Assembly (NCBI RefSeq): GCF_001194135.2
Contig: NC_068998.1
Coordinates: forward strand, 33,829,295-33,893,294
Direction: 5' to 3'
Length of the DNA stretch: 64,000 bases
DNA from: Octopus bimaculoides
Lineage: Eukaryota
Part shown: positions 36,604 to 48,544 of the stretch, in pieces
How the letters are laid out: each line of letters begins with the position of its first letter
How positions within the stretch are numbered: the first letter of the stretch is position 1
Made by a program: the position numbers and the translations under genes
The notes under the pieces: generated by a model
The model's input: only the letters and a program-made list of their open reading frames with translations
What the model was told of the DNA's origin: nothing
The model's database searches: none

Positions 36604-37328
36604 AGGATTTCAAATCGGCTTTCATTGCATGGCAAATTTTCAAGATGAGGGGAAATGAAAATAATGTTTTTTACAAAAATATAAAAAATATATTAAAAAA
36701 AATAAATATACCAATACATTATATTGTCTTTGAGTTTTTAAAGTTCAATGGTAATCCATGTAAATAATTGTTAGATAGATTAGGATGCATGGAATTACGA
36801 ATCTTGTTGTGTTTAAAAAAGGCTGAGAGTTTATGTGTTAAACAGGAAGTGTGGTGTCAAAACAGGAAGTGTGTGTAAGGGAAGACAATTCTGTGGGTTT
36901 TATACTCATTAGTTGGAGTTCTGGACTCTTTGTCAACAGGAAGTTTATGTCTGTTCTTAGAGAAACAAGAAGTAAATTTATATGCATTTCAATGGGTAGG
37001 CGAGAGAAGGGAATATGGTCACCGAGGAGTTTGTATGTTAAGAAGCATTTGGAATTTCTCGATAAAAAGATTCTCCTTGTTGATTCTTTCTTGTGTAGAG
37101 ATTCTGTCTTTACATTGATAGAAAGGGAATATAAGGAATTAGGGTAAACCCTAATCTATCTAACAATTATCTATATGGATTACCATTGAACTTTAAAAAC
37201 TCAAAGACAACATAATGTATTGGTATGTTTATTTTTTTATATATTTTTTATATTTTTGTAAAAAACATTATTTTCATTTCCCCTCTTCTTGAAAATTTGC
37301 CATGCAATGAAAGTCGATTAGAAATCCT
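36604..37328 (-). mobile_element. Penelope-like 3' end with inverted pLTR copy (arms 36604-36784 and 37149-37328)
   Basis: The minus-strand spacer encodes FLIFPFYQCKDRISTQERINKENLFIEKFQMLLNIQTPR*, homologous to the 21.6-kb element. The right arm runs into an N gap. Confidence 0.75.
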
Positions 37329-37417
37329 NNNNNNNNNNNNNNNNNNNNNNNNNNNNNNNNNNNNNNNNNNNNNNNNNNNNNNNNNNNNNNNNNNNNNNNN
37401 NNTATATATATATATAT

Positions 37418-37565
37418 GACAGGCTCATTTTAGTTTCCATCTACCAAATCCACACATTGGCCCAAGGCTGTAGTAGAAGACACTTGCCCCAAGTACTACA
37501 CAGGGGAACTGAACCCAGAACCAAGTGGTTTAGAAAACAAACTTCTAGCCACAGTGTTATGCAAG
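37418..37565 (-). mobile_element. SINE 5' head (OR/RK-like)
   Basis: CTACCAAATCCAC...GTAGAAGACACTTGCCC...GAACTGAACCCAGAACC on the plus strand. Confidence 0.75.
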
Positions 37566-39064
37566 CATAATTAATATATCATATCTTCCACCAATTTCAA
37601 ATCCAAATTCATACACATCATGGAAATATCACACACATACATTATTTTAATCTCCTTTATACACCTTGAGCTTAAACTTTTCCCTTTAGCTTTTATACTT
37701 CACAAAAATTCTTATTAAATTTTTGTCCATTACATTGCAATACCTTATGAAATCTAAAGTGTGTGCCGATTTACATCAATGTATGCATGTGACTGATTGA
37801 CTGGGTGCATATCTGAGCAGGTACAGGTATAACTGAGTGGTTGAGCAGTTTTTTGTTTTTTTTACCACATCACCACAGTTCAATCTTACTCTGTATCTTC
37901 TTGGACAAATATTTTTTACTACAAACCAAAACCAATGCAAAATTTGTGGGTGAAATTAGTGTAACAGAGACTGTGTGAAAGTCTATCAGTTGACTCAAAA
38001 TAGCCAGCTTTGTCACACACTGTCATACAAATTCTGCCACCAGAAGAGTTAAGAGAACATACAGCTATGAAATATTTATCAAGTTGTATAACAATGCAAT
38101 GAATAACATGTTTGGTTGACTGAACATCTGGAATACTCATTACCAACAGGGAATTCATTTACTTTTTTACATCATATGAATGAGTAAAATCATCTTTGTT
38201 AAATTAAAATTCCCTTCTATTGATTTTACTGTTTATTAGAGGAAATTGTCCAGTTATTGTAAAATAACCAGAAAATTCCCTTTTGCTTTATCTGCTGCCA
38301 AAATGTAAACATTCTCTAGTTGTTATTTTTGTTATATTTCATCCATACTAAACTTGTCATCCATTTTTATAGTATTTCAAGAGCAATAAAAACAATGAAA
38401 TCTTTTGAGATATTTAAAAAAAATATTCTAAAAAAGTATTGTTGATCAAGAGTTATCCTAAACTCTGTCAACTTCCTTAGATATTAGCATCGGGTGCCTT
38501 TTTTTTTTTTTTCATGTTTCTGAACTGTCTTTTTATTCTGCTAACTGTGATCATTTTTCAAACTGAAGAAAGCAACTTTAGTATACCCCTGCAATTTAAT
38601 ACCCCAACATATATATATAAAGCTAAATATGCACTACAATCTGGTATATCTATACACAAATATATTAACATATCCTTTTCACACATGTGCAGTGGGTTCC
38701 CTAATCCTGGTCTACTGTGTTTTAGGTATACCACTGAAAATTCTGTCAGCCTGGCAACTCCCATCCCATTGTAAACTACATCAACAGGAGTTAAACTCAA
38801 TACAATAAATTATAGAACCCTGTTTACAGAATAGCTGTTACTACATAGAATGTTTCTTACTAACCTGCAGTATCAATTCTTTTCAAAGTGGAATGGTCAA
38901 TTTGGGCCATAAGTCTCCTGAACAAAGATTTGATACAGCGTTTGTGATGAAAAATGAACAACTGACGACCATCTGGTTTTGATTAGTTATCTATCCATTC
39001 ACTCAGCTGTACCTTTTACCAACACCATGCCCTTAAGTGACCTTAACATATATCTATGTCTGCT

Positions 39065-39315
39065 ATCACATAAGGTAAGAATAGAGCTCCATCTTGACTC
39101 TTAAGGCCAGTCTCCCAGTTTCTGTGATGTATAAATTCCCCCCTTACATGGGATGCTGGTCCGTCACAGGATTACTCATTTTTGCCAGCTGAGTGGACTG
39201 GAACAACATGAAACATGAAATGAAGTGTTTTGCTCAAGTACACAAAGCTTCATCCTATCCAGGAATCAAAACCACAATCTTACAATCATGAGTCCAACAT
39301 CTGAAGCACTAAGCC
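39065..39315 (-). mobile_element. tRNA-derived SINE, third family, with a CORE-like central segment
   Basis: Minus strand GGCTTAGTG...GGTTTTGATTCCTGG...CTTGAGCAAAACACTTCAT...CCAGTCCACTCAGCTG. Confidence 0.6.
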
Positions 39316-40034
39316 TTGCATTGTACATTTTAAAATATTTCGAGCAGTTTATCTTTTTACAACATACTTTAGACACATCAAAAACTTTTCTTTTTGTCTT
39401 GTTCTTTTATTCCCCACATCTTCTTCATCCTATTTCTTCCTCCCCTTCTCTTCCAAATCATCATCATCATCATCATTTTCCATGATAGATCCATTATCAG
39501 TTAAAGTCAAATCATACATTGGTAATTTCTTGTGACACACAAACCTTTTTCATCCTTGCTTTTTTTCATCCTTGCTTTTTTTCATCCTTTGTCTTAAATT
39601 AGACATTGTACATCTAATGTACCATGCAATGATAATGAGAAGTATTTCACAAATGGAAATTTTTATAGTTTTATATTTTTATTTTCAAATTTTTATTAAT
39701 GCATTGCTACATATGTTTCAGCATGACATGTATTTTTATGGGGCTACCTAACCATATCCATAGGATATTCTTAAATATCATTTATAATACTCATGAACCC
39801 TAGGGGAGTCCATTAAATTGACATACATATTTCCTCAGGCAATTTTGCATTAATGTACCATATAGATCATATTTCTGCAGCTTATGCTGCATACATGTAT
39901 AATAATATTGGTGATGGTGACAGTATATAGTATATATTATCACCACCAAAAATATTGGTGTATATATTATATAGCATTGATGACAGCTAGACGATGAGGG
40001 CCAGTGGTATATGTAGTTATGTATGCATGCATGC

Positions 40035-40066
<32 letters not shown>

Positions 40067-40149
40067 CTATGTGCATATATATGTGTACACATATAATATG
40101 TATATGTATATATACACACGTGTATGTATGTATGTGTATGTATATATAG

Positions 40150-40400
40150 TGCCCCTGGACTGGCTCTTGTGAGGGTGGCACATAAAAGACACCATTTCGA
40201 GCGTGGCCGTTTTCGTGTGGGTGACACGTAAAAGCACCCACTACACTCTCTGAGTGGTTGGCGTTAGGAAGGGCATCCAGCTGTAGAAACTCTGCCAAAT
40301 TAGATTGGAGCCTGGTGTAGCCATCCGGTTGCACCAGTCCTCAGTCAAATCGTCCAACCCATGCTAGCATGGAAAGCGGACGTTAAACGATGATGATGAT
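40150..40400 (+). mobile_element. RTE-type 3' end (truncated LINE or RTE-tailed SINE)
   Basis: GAGTGGTTGGCGTTAGGAAGGGCATCCAGCTGTAGAAAC...CATGCTAGCATGGAAAGCGGACGTTAAACGATGATGAT, homologous to 3440-3648. Confidence 0.8.
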
Positions 40401-41086
40401 ATATATATATAGATATATACACATATACATACATACACATATACATATATATATGCGTGCACACACATATAACTAAATGCTTATATTTATTTATTTATTT
40501 ATGTGTTTCAGCCTGAACTTGATATACATGTATTTTAGAGTAAAGTGTCAATGAGTTACAGGCTATGGAAAAGTGTGTCACCAGATTTTTTGTTTCTTAT
40601 ATATATTTACATCATTTGCCAATATATTTGGTCAAAAGTAAGTGTACATATGCATAAATGCACATATATTTATATACATATGCATACACACACACATATA
40701 AATGTGTATGTAGTACTCAAATGATTTGAACTTTCACTCCAAAATCTTTACCGAGGACTATTTAGTCCTCAATAAAGATTTTTACCAACATATATCAGCA
40801 ATGTATATTGTTGAGAAACTAAGCAACTCATGAAATGCACTTGTCATTCCCAAAAATGCAGCAAATTAGTTATGAGGCAGATGCAAACTTGTAATCAGTG
40901 ATGTTCTTTTCATAAATTTGGATATAAAATTAAAATGAAAATGTAACATTGATATTACTTTGGAGTAAATGATATTGCCACCATCCGCCTTTAATTTGTT
41001 TTACATTGAGATGGAGTGACAGAAATCACAGACTGCTCAGAGTTTTGAATTATTGTTCTGTATCTAAAGTTCATATACTGGTTTTA

Positions 41087-41290
41087 AATTTTGGCACAAA
41101 GCCAACAATTTCAGAGGAGAGGCTAAGTTGATTACATCACCCCCAGTGCTCAACTGGTACTTATTTACTGACCCTAAAAGGACGAAAGGCAAAGTTGGCC
41201 TCAGCAGAATTTGAACTCAGAATGTAAAGATGGGTGAAATGCTGCTAAGCATTTTGCCCATCATGTTAATGATACTGCCAGCTCGCTGCC
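41087..41290 (-). mobile_element. tRNA-derived SINE (OK-like)
   Basis: Homologous to 22635-22843. Confidence 0.8.
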
Positions 41291-41412
41291 TTAAATTTGA
41301 AGTTCATTCATTGGCAAGTGGAAAACTATAAGTATCTCTGGGCTGTTTCATTCTCCAGAATTCGGCCCTCAGAAGATGAGAGTTTGGCAAAGAAGCTAAA
41401 TTTTCTATCTTC

Positions 41413-42880
41413 AATTCAATTTTCATGCCTGTCCTCACCTATGGTCATGAACGTTGGATAATCTTTGTAAGAGTATGATTGTGAATACAAGTGGCTCAAA
41501 TGTGGTTCCTCAAAGAAGTCTCTGGAATAACATTCCTCAACAGGATGCTTAGCTTGGAGATCAAGAAGTCTCTCCAGGTCAAGCTAACATTCTCCGCATT
41601 GAGAGGTCACAACCTCAGTTCTAGGAACATGTTACAGGAAAGAATTGCAAGATGTATTCTTCAAACTGTGCAGGAAACCAAGGGGTAAACCAAAAATGAG
41701 ATGGTTGGACAATGCCCGTATTCTTCGTTGGTCATGCCTGGGAATCTTATCAGAAAGTCTTAACCCTTTCGTTACTATATTTCTGACCAAAATACACCCC
41801 TCATGAGTTTCAATTAAATTCTGAAATAATCATGAATTTAGACTAGTCTCATTAAACACCTGTAACTTTTTTATTTATCAACATATTAATGTGATATTTG
41901 GAACATAATTAAAGAAAGGGTTCTTAATCAATTCTATTGCATAATTGTCTGAAAGTTCTCCACGTACTGGGGTGGGGGTACTGCAAGTGTCTCTCACGTG
42001 TAAATATTGGTTCAGCTTCACAAATCGTACTCGTTCATAATACTGGAAATATATTCATCGCCAAAAGGTTCCTGATCGCTCCAGTAATTTGTTATTCTGG
42101 GTAACTGTCCAATACCCATAATAATATTTATGGCAAAAAATGCCCGTATTTCATCTACAGTTGTAGGAAACCACAAGCTATCTTTTTTCTCCGGTTTGTT
42201 TACATTCTGCGTAAAGGTTTGTTTCCGCAGTAATCATTTCAAACAAGCATGAAAAAGAAGTCTAAAGGTTTCGTTTCCTGAGAAAGACTATGGGTAGACC
42301 CTGTTTCCTCAGAAAAATTGTTAATAAAAACGTTTTTTAAAGTTTTTACTCCATTCTGGTGTAAAATCAACCTCACTGTTGCTGTCGCTGCTTTCGGAAT
42401 CGCTGCTTTCAGTTTCTTATACAGAAATATCTGATTTATTATCGTTCACCACGTGCTTTTGTAGCTCATTCATTCTTTTCTTCAATATCTCCATATCTTC
42501 TGTTGAAAAACCTTCAAATTCGGAATCACTGCTTGATAGCATGAAACTCCTCTCCATTTTCAAAGTTGAAAAAAATTAATGCCGCAAAAAATGTGGAAAA
42601 AAAATCTTCCAAAATTCACTGAGTTCAAATATCACACCAAACAATCTCGGAGACAATAACTCAACTGTTTGCAAAGTGAAATCAGGTGTTTTAACGAATG
42701 TACTAACGAAATTTGGGTTCAAATATACATTTAAATAACAATGGGTACGCTCGGCCGGGTTAGAAACGGAAGGGTTAAAGATAATTGTTTTTGATAGGAC
42801 CTTATGGTAGAGGTGCCTAAGGACGCTACCTCCATGATCCTCTCAGAAATAGTGGGTAGAGAAGATGGATGGATATTAGC
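41413..42880 (+). mobile_element. RTE LINE RT C-terminal fragment interrupted by piggyBac
   Basis: SIFMPVLTYGHERW...QERIARCIL...GKPKMRWLDN...LGILSES, resuming after 42778 as LKIIVFDRTLW.RCLRTLPP. Confidence 0.75.
41764..42774 (-). mobile_element. piggyBac deletion derivative with TTAA target-site duplication
   Basis: TTAA at 41760-63 and 42775-78. TIRs CCCTTTCGTTACTA and CCCTTCCGTTTCTA match 12/14. Minus-strand relic MERSFMLSSSDSEFEGF...FSEETG...KPLDFF resembles a PGBD N-terminus. Confidence 0.85.
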
Positions 42881-42914
42881 AAGGTCATCTTTGTCATTCA
42901 TCCCTCAGATTTAT

Positions 42915-43126
42915 TATTATTGTGTGTGTCTGTGTTTGTCCTCCCAACATCGTTTGACAACCAATGCTGGTGTGTTTACATGCCCGTAACTTAGTGGTTT
43001 GGCAAAAGAGACCGATAGAATAAGTACTAGGCTTACAAAGAATAAGTCCTGGGGTCGATTTGCTCGACTAAAGGCGGTGCTCCAGCATGGCCACAGTCAA
43101 ATGACTGAAACAAGTAAAAGAGTAAA
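42915..43126 (+). mobile_element. SINE 3' half (OR/RK-like)
   Basis: CTGGTGTGTTTACATGCCCGTAACTTAG...GCTCCAGCATGGCCACAGTCAAATGACTGAAACAAGTAAAAG. Confidence 0.85.
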
Positions 43127-43206
43127 GGAGACCCATGTCAACTCTAATCTCACAGACTCAAGATCAAATACCTTCTAGCCATAACTTCCCTATCTTGTTT
43201 TCAACA

Positions 43207-43352
43207 ATAGGGCACAAGTGTGGCTGTGTGGTAAGAAGCTTGTTTCCTAACCACATGGTTCTGGGTTCAGTCCCACTGCATGGCATCTTGGACAAGTGTC
43301 TTTTACTATGGTCAAAGCCTTGTGAGTGGATTTGGTAGATGGAAACTGAAAG
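43207..43352 (+). mobile_element. SINE 5' head (OR/RK-like)
   Basis: GGCTGTGTGGTAAGAAG...GGTTCAGTCCCACTG...GGAAACTGAAAGAAG. Confidence 0.85.
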
Positions 43353-43361
43353 AAGCTTGTC

Positions 43362-43397
<36 letters not shown>

Positions 43398-43496
43398 AGT
43401 TGGAATTTACCAAAAAAAAACAAAAAACAAAAGATGAAGACAGGTGTGTAAACAACAAACAGATGTTTTAGTTTAACACTTGGGAAGTGAGAAAGT

Positions 43497-43532
43497 CTTT
43501 TACATTTCGAGCCTATGCTCTTCAACAGAAAG
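43497..43532 (-). ncRNA. Ultra-minimal hammerhead-like motif (A6 to U, extra A before stem II)
   Basis: CTTT-CTGTTGA-A-GAGC-ATAG-GCTC-GAAA-TGT-A-AAAG: stem I CTTT/AAAG, stem II GAGC/GCTC and GUA triplet. Stem III is ATGT, one transition from palindromic ACGT. Confidence 0.5.
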
Positions 43533-43879
43533 GAACACAGAAATAAGCAGGGAGAGAAAATAAAAAAGGTTTAGTGGGTAGTGATCAATCATATGTATGT
43601 ATGCATACATATATATATTTCCAAAAATTGTTTCAAGGAGTATATAATCCTGGCAGTTGCAGTGTTAACTCTTAGATTGGTTCCCAATGCCAGCTAGCCA
43701 CAGCAAATGTTGGTTATACTCAAGTTAGTAACAATTTACTAGAATGAGTTATTATCCTCATTTGGACATATGCACATTTTGGTTGCAACCACTGCAGTCC
43801 AAGTGAAGAATGATGTAAATTACTGAATCTGCGCAAAACTCTATTCCCCTGATCTTCATTAATTTTGTTATCTCCCCCC

Positions 43880-44000
<121 letters not shown>

Positions 44001-44064
44001 CACACACACATATATATATATGTGTGTGTGTGTATATGTATATATACATGTGTATGTGTGCAAG

Positions 44065-44270
44065 TGTCTTTGTGTCTGTGTATTTCCTCTACCACCACTT
44101 TTAACAACTGGTGTTGGTGTATTTACATCCCCATAACTTAGCAGTTTAGCAAAAGAGACTGATAGAATTAGTACTGGGTTTAAAAATAGAAATTACTAAA
44201 GAAAAATTCGAGCCAGTGCTCCAGCTTGGCTTCAGTCTAATGACTGAAACAAGTAAGATAAAAGATAAAA
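44065..44270 (+). mobile_element. SINE 3' half (OR/RK-like)
   Basis: Homologous to 42915-43126. Confidence 0.8.
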
Positions 44271-45935
44271 GAATAGTATAAATAACACCACATTATCAAA
44301 TGACTGTCTTGCTTTAAGACAGTAGGATGTAATCTCGGAAAGATTTGACTGTGATTTCTAACAAATCAAATGATTATGTAGAAAATTAATCATTGGTTCA
44401 CCACCTGCCTGCAGCTCCTAGGTTTAATAAAATAAGTAATGGGAATGATGTTCTGGGGTCAATTCATTCTTCAATATTGTGTCCATAAGAAGTTTGTAAC
44501 TCTGCACAAACATGAGAAAACCTTGGGTTACAGTTACACAGCCAGCCTATTTCTTGTCTATATTCTTGTCAGAGATTTCAATGTCATACTGCCAAGTGTC
44601 TTTTGCACTTTACATATTGTCAGCATTTCACTATGAACCAGTCAGTCTTACAGTAAGAATAAAACTTATTCTTCAACAAGAAAATTTTTCTCACTATTTA
44701 AGGAATTTATTTTCTGCACTGTACTATGAATACAAAGAAAAAAAAAGAAAAACAAAGCACTGCAAAATAAAATAAATAAACATCACGAATATGTTTTATA
44801 GGCATCAATTTAGTACATTATAGCCTGTCTAACATAAGTATTTTTGCGGGATTGAAAACACCAATTTCTGTAGAAGCAGGATAACATTACTGCAAACAGA
44901 TAACGAGTATGTTAGTGTTTTTTTTTTTTAGAAAGATCCATCAATCATTAGAAACACCAAGGGGGAAAATGTTGTTGGAGTTAACAGATTTTTATAATTA
45001 ATTGGTTCTAGCATGAGTGTTTGTCTACTATATGCATTTGTGTGTGTGTGTGATTGTGTATGTGTGTGTATGTGTGCACACACGTGTGTGTGTGTGTATA
45101 CATGCATCTGAGTAATTATATTATATAGCAAAACAAGACACAGAGTCATTTGTGCAGAGATAACAGTTAAATAGATTTGGTTGCAGGGAAGTAGTTTTCT
45201 TGATGTATCCAGTAATTGAATGAAGATTTAGTTTTATACGAAAGTGTTTGACATTAGTTTCAAACAATTATATATATCAACAAAATGGTTAGAGGCATTC
45301 TCACGCTGAGAAATGTTAACTTTTTTTAAATATATAATTCAGGTCCACTGTCTGATTACAGACTCAGTGAGGCAACTAAAAGAAATAGATATGACAATAC
45401 AAACATAAAATTATACATTCTTTAAACAATTGATATATAATCAGTAGAAATCCATGTTAAGCATTCTGTGAAACTGCGACAGTCAGAATAAGGATTGTAG
45501 GATCTTCGTTTAGCTAACATTACAACTATAGATCTGATAAAATGCAGCTAACCAGTGCTGTTTAACAATAGATAAACAACATTTGAGAAAAACTACTGTA
45601 AAAGTAAAATTATTTTATTGTTTGTCTGGGAAATATTGAATCAGATTGACAGTTAACTCATGAGTGGGCATTTTAAAGGTGTAAGGTTATTACTTAAGGG
45701 TAGTTCATGTTACAAAATCATACATTGAATATTGTGTTTTATTTAATAGTAGCAGGGCTTTGATTACCTGAGCGTAACATTGGTTTCAAATTTAAAATGA
45801 AACATTCTGTTTCATTTGTGCACCTTAATGTGATCTCTAACCACTATAAATGACCTAGCAATACTTATATTCTACTGAGTTGATTCATCATTTTTTTTGT
45901 TCTAAATATATTGCATAAAGACAGCATCTTCAATA

Positions 45936-47105
45936 TGAAGGTCAGCTGAAAAGTTTATAGGCTGACCAAGATACTTTCATGGAATGTTACCAATTGCAGT
46001 TTATTTTGCAACGTAACCCCATTTGTGGTCACATACTTCTTCCTTCAGTGTAGCAAGTGCATGCGTCCCACTGATGAAGAAGCTTTCATCCTGTTGGTCA
46101 AAAAAGTCATCAACAGCAGATATGACGTCATTCTCACTGTGATGCTAGTTTCTAGTCAAGTGTTTTTTCATGTTAGGGAACAGATGATAATGAGATGGGG
46201 GCCAAATCAGGAGAATAAGGAGAGCAATCAACCAGTTCAAAGCCACAGTGATGCACATCAGCCATTGAAGCCAAGAACTTGTATCCTGGAGCATTGTCCT
46301 GAAGAAACAGGATCTCTTTCATCAGTTTCCCTGGGAGTTTGGTCTTGATAGTTTTTTGTAACTGCCTCAACAAGTTGGCATAGAACTCTCCATTGACAGT
46401 GTAGCCCTTTTGAAGATAGGAAATAAGTATAATGCCTTTTGCATCCCAAAAGACTGAGATGAAACAATGTTGACCTTCTTTGGAGCATGTGGGGCGGAGT
46501 GTTTTCACTGTACTTTATTTGTCTTTTTATCTCTGGCTCAAAGTGATGGACCCAAGACTCGTTCTAGCTCAGGAAATGTTCAAGGTAACCTGCTGAATCT
46601 GCCTCAAATAATGTCAGATTTTCCTTTGATCTGATTAGCCTTTTCAACAGGTGTCAGATGTGGAATCCACCAAACAAAACCTTCATTGTGCAGAATATTC
46701 TCACTTTTCTCACAGCATTGACTATTTGATTTATAGTCAATTGCCTGTCATCAGTGGTGGCAGTTTCAGGACATCCAGATCTTGGGTCATCTTCAAGCCT
46801 TTCCATTTCCCTCCTAACTTCAGCTGCCCAGTTTTGCACTGATGATAAAGCTGGGACATCAACCCCTAATGTAGTGACTATGCCAGCATGAATGTCCTTG
46901 GGAGCTAAATCCTTTTCTTGTAGGTACTTAATAACAGCACGATGCCAAATTTTGTCCATTTTCAAGAAAAGCCACTACTAGTTACTTTTGAAGCCTTCTT
47001 TGTACAGTCAGATGTCAATTAGTTTACCTTGAAAGAAACAATGCATCTATTAATAAGAAGTGTTAAAATTACTGTATACAAGATTTCACAGCTCCAGCAT
47101 CACTC
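45936..47105 (-). mobile_element. mariner (DD34D-type) transposon, pseudogenised, one TIR missing
   Basis: TA followed by TGAAGGTCAGCTGAAAAGTT. MKMDKIWHRAVIKYL...EDDPRSG, VFWDAKGII, and QDNAP...YSPDLAP with 34 residues after the second D. Same family as 7086-8161. Confidence 0.9.
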
Positions 47106-48544
47106 CCCCACCTTTGTAAGGAAGGATATTAGGCTGTTTTAAATGGGACAAATAATTTCTTTCTGCAATATATTTTACACAATGAATATTTCCAAATTGC
47201 AAATTGTCTTTTAAACATCAAACTTAATTCTCAAGTCAGTTGAATTAAGTGGAGAAAGTTTGATGGTTGCTCCCCATAACAATGTCCTTGACATATCATT
47301 GCTAGAAGATCTTTTTTGTCAATGTACCTGCTCATTATAAAAAAAATTCTACCTAAGATATTGTCTTTAAAATGAACCCGTATATTTGAAGTCCTAAATT
47401 TTATAGGACAACATACCTTCTGATGTGTAAGTGCCACCAATTAAACTCAGAAAAAATTGAGTTTACCTAGCAAGTTCAATTCTATGTTGAGTGATTTCAT
47501 TTAACCTTATACCTGTTATATCTGCAAATTCTGGGTAGAAAGCCTCTAAGCAGTTGCTTAACCTGTTAAAAATAGTGGCCAAATCTCACTCAGTTCACAT
47601 TTGACTATGTTAGAGAAAGACGAATAATGCATCAAGAATAATGCAGTTCTACATATACCATAATGTTTTAAAATTTTGCCAGGGGTAACAGTAAATATTA
47701 TCATAGATTTGCAAGACCAAGCCTGACTTGCTACTAAGCAAAATTAATAAAATAGATAAAAGAATTCATCATTTAATTGATGCTCCAACCATTAAATCCC
47801 AGGAAAAAATATTTTAAGTGGTGTTATTTAACACCAGATTAACCACAACAATATTACTGAGACTACCACAGTTACCAGAACCAACACAGATACAAGCAAA
47901 GGGAACCCCTATGTAGTTCTTAAATGGCTAGAAATGGCATCCAAATTTCTCTGAAATCACACTTCACCACCTTATATAAAGGTTGGACACATATTAGATG
48001 ATGTGGTCCAAGATACCTCGCTATGAAAGGAGAGGCTGACTTTGGCTAAAAGCCTTTTTATCATAAGTCTCAACAGCAACATACTTAGGCCTTAAAATAC
48101 TCTTATGTAGAGCAATAAATGAAAATTATAGTTTCAGAAACCTTGCATTTTAATTCATAAAGAATTTGGTCATGTGAATATGAAAAAATCCTTAGGCATT
48201 GAGATTTGTTCTTTAATTTTGTCTGTATCTTAATGGAATGATATAATGAAATTAAAGAACTCTCTTATAGCATCACTCATTTCCTATCTTCTCCATATCA
48301 TTCATTATATCTTTCTTCCAACTTCTCTCATTTTTCCTAATCTCCTTTTAAATCTGCCTTTCCTTATTCCCTTCTTCCTCATTCCATCCCCCTCTCTCTT
48401 CACTTCCCCTCTGTCACACTCCCTCTTCTTTGAATTTATTTATCTTGTACCACTCTTCTGTTTCATATCGTTTCTCTCTGTTACTCTCCATTTTCACACA
48501 CCTCACTTCATCATATATTTCTTTGTATCTATCTACTCTTAGGC

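Noticed and set aside
38514-38800. Overlapping 86-aa (signal-peptide-like start) and 80-aa ORFs on opposite strands
   Set aside because: No recognisable domain; short ORFs like these are expected by chance in AT-rich DNA. A faint fucolectin-like resemblance was too weak to support.
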